A stretch of 62,950 bases of DNA, counting the filler, from Octopus bimaculoides (taxonomy: Eukaryota): assembly GCF_001194135.2 (NCBI RefSeq). It is 3 parts of 3 records of this genome, joined end to end, with 100 filler letters (N's around TTAATTAATTAA, not from the genome) between each part and the next. Parts side by side here need not be neighbours in the genome. Positions count along the whole stretch, not along the records: positions 48,768 to 62,950 come from NC_068982.1; 2 more parts are not named here. One strand, given 5' to 3'. The notes below the pieces were generated by a model, which made no database searches, had not been told where the DNA came from, and worked only from the letters and a program-made list of their open reading frames with translations. The position numbers and the translations under genes were made by a program. Shown one piece after another: positions 62,568-62,950 of the stretch. The stretch's first letter is position 1. The number at the start of each line of letters is the position of its first letter.

Positions 62568-62909
62568 GAATAGCCACCAAGGTGGATTCCTTATATGCTA
62601 GACGAAGACACCAAATTGTCTTACCACACAGAATACGTTCTCAAAAATTTTAGCAAACGACAGAACGTATGCGAGCAAGACAAATGAAAGGAGACAAAAT
62701 AGAGCAATTAGCTCCATACCTAAAGATTTCGCTATTAATGATCACTAACGTGATCATCCGTAGCTCCTCAGTGAAATCGCTGCAGGACACATAATTCACG
62801 GAACTAGATGCAAAACGTCCTCGCGACAGAGAACCTGCACACATTCCTTGAGGTGAGACGATTTGGCGTCTTCTTCTAGCATATTAAGAATCCACCTTGG
62901 TAGCTATTC
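62568..62909. mobile_element. 342-bp hammerhead-containing unit bounded by 54-bp inverted repeats
   Basis: 62568-62621 vs reverse complement of 62856-62909: 48/54 identical. Confidence 0.8.
62703..62781 (-). ncRNA. Full type I hammerhead ribozyme
   Basis: AGCGAU-UUCA-CUGAGGA-GCUA-CGG-AUGAUCAC-GUUA-GUGAUCAU-UAA-UAGC-GAAA-UC-UUUA-GG-UA/UGGA-GCUA-AUUGCU. All core nucleotides are canonical with a GUA cleavage site. Confidence 0.85.
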
Positions 62910-62910
62910 C

Positions 62911-62950
<40 letters not shown>

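Overview
AT-rich, microsatellite-dense eukaryotic DNA with many N gaps. The SINE/RTE/Penelope repeat landscape suggests an octopus or other cephalopod scaffold (inference). There are no prokaryotic features, CRISPR arrays, rRNA or intact tRNA genes. Most of the window is decayed mobile elements: RTE/BovB LINEs, R4/Dong-like LINEs, a Penelope fragment, Tc1/mariner and hAT remnants, piggyBac- and Merlin-like MITEs, Helitron/Helentron relics, two solo LTRs and several SINE families. A few short candidate exons of an unidentified minus-strand gene are embedded among them. The most notable observations are two hammerhead ribozyme motifs with an intact catalytic core, both on the minus strand. One is a full type I hammerhead (62703-62781) inside a 342-bp unit bounded by 54-bp inverted repeats. 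The other is a minimal Penelope-type hammerhead (42398-42443), downstream of a tRNA-like Pol III module and joined in inverted orientation to a GIY-YIG endonuclease fragment. All calls come from reading the sequence by eye; no database searches were run, and element boundaries are approximate unless a TIR or TSD is quoted.
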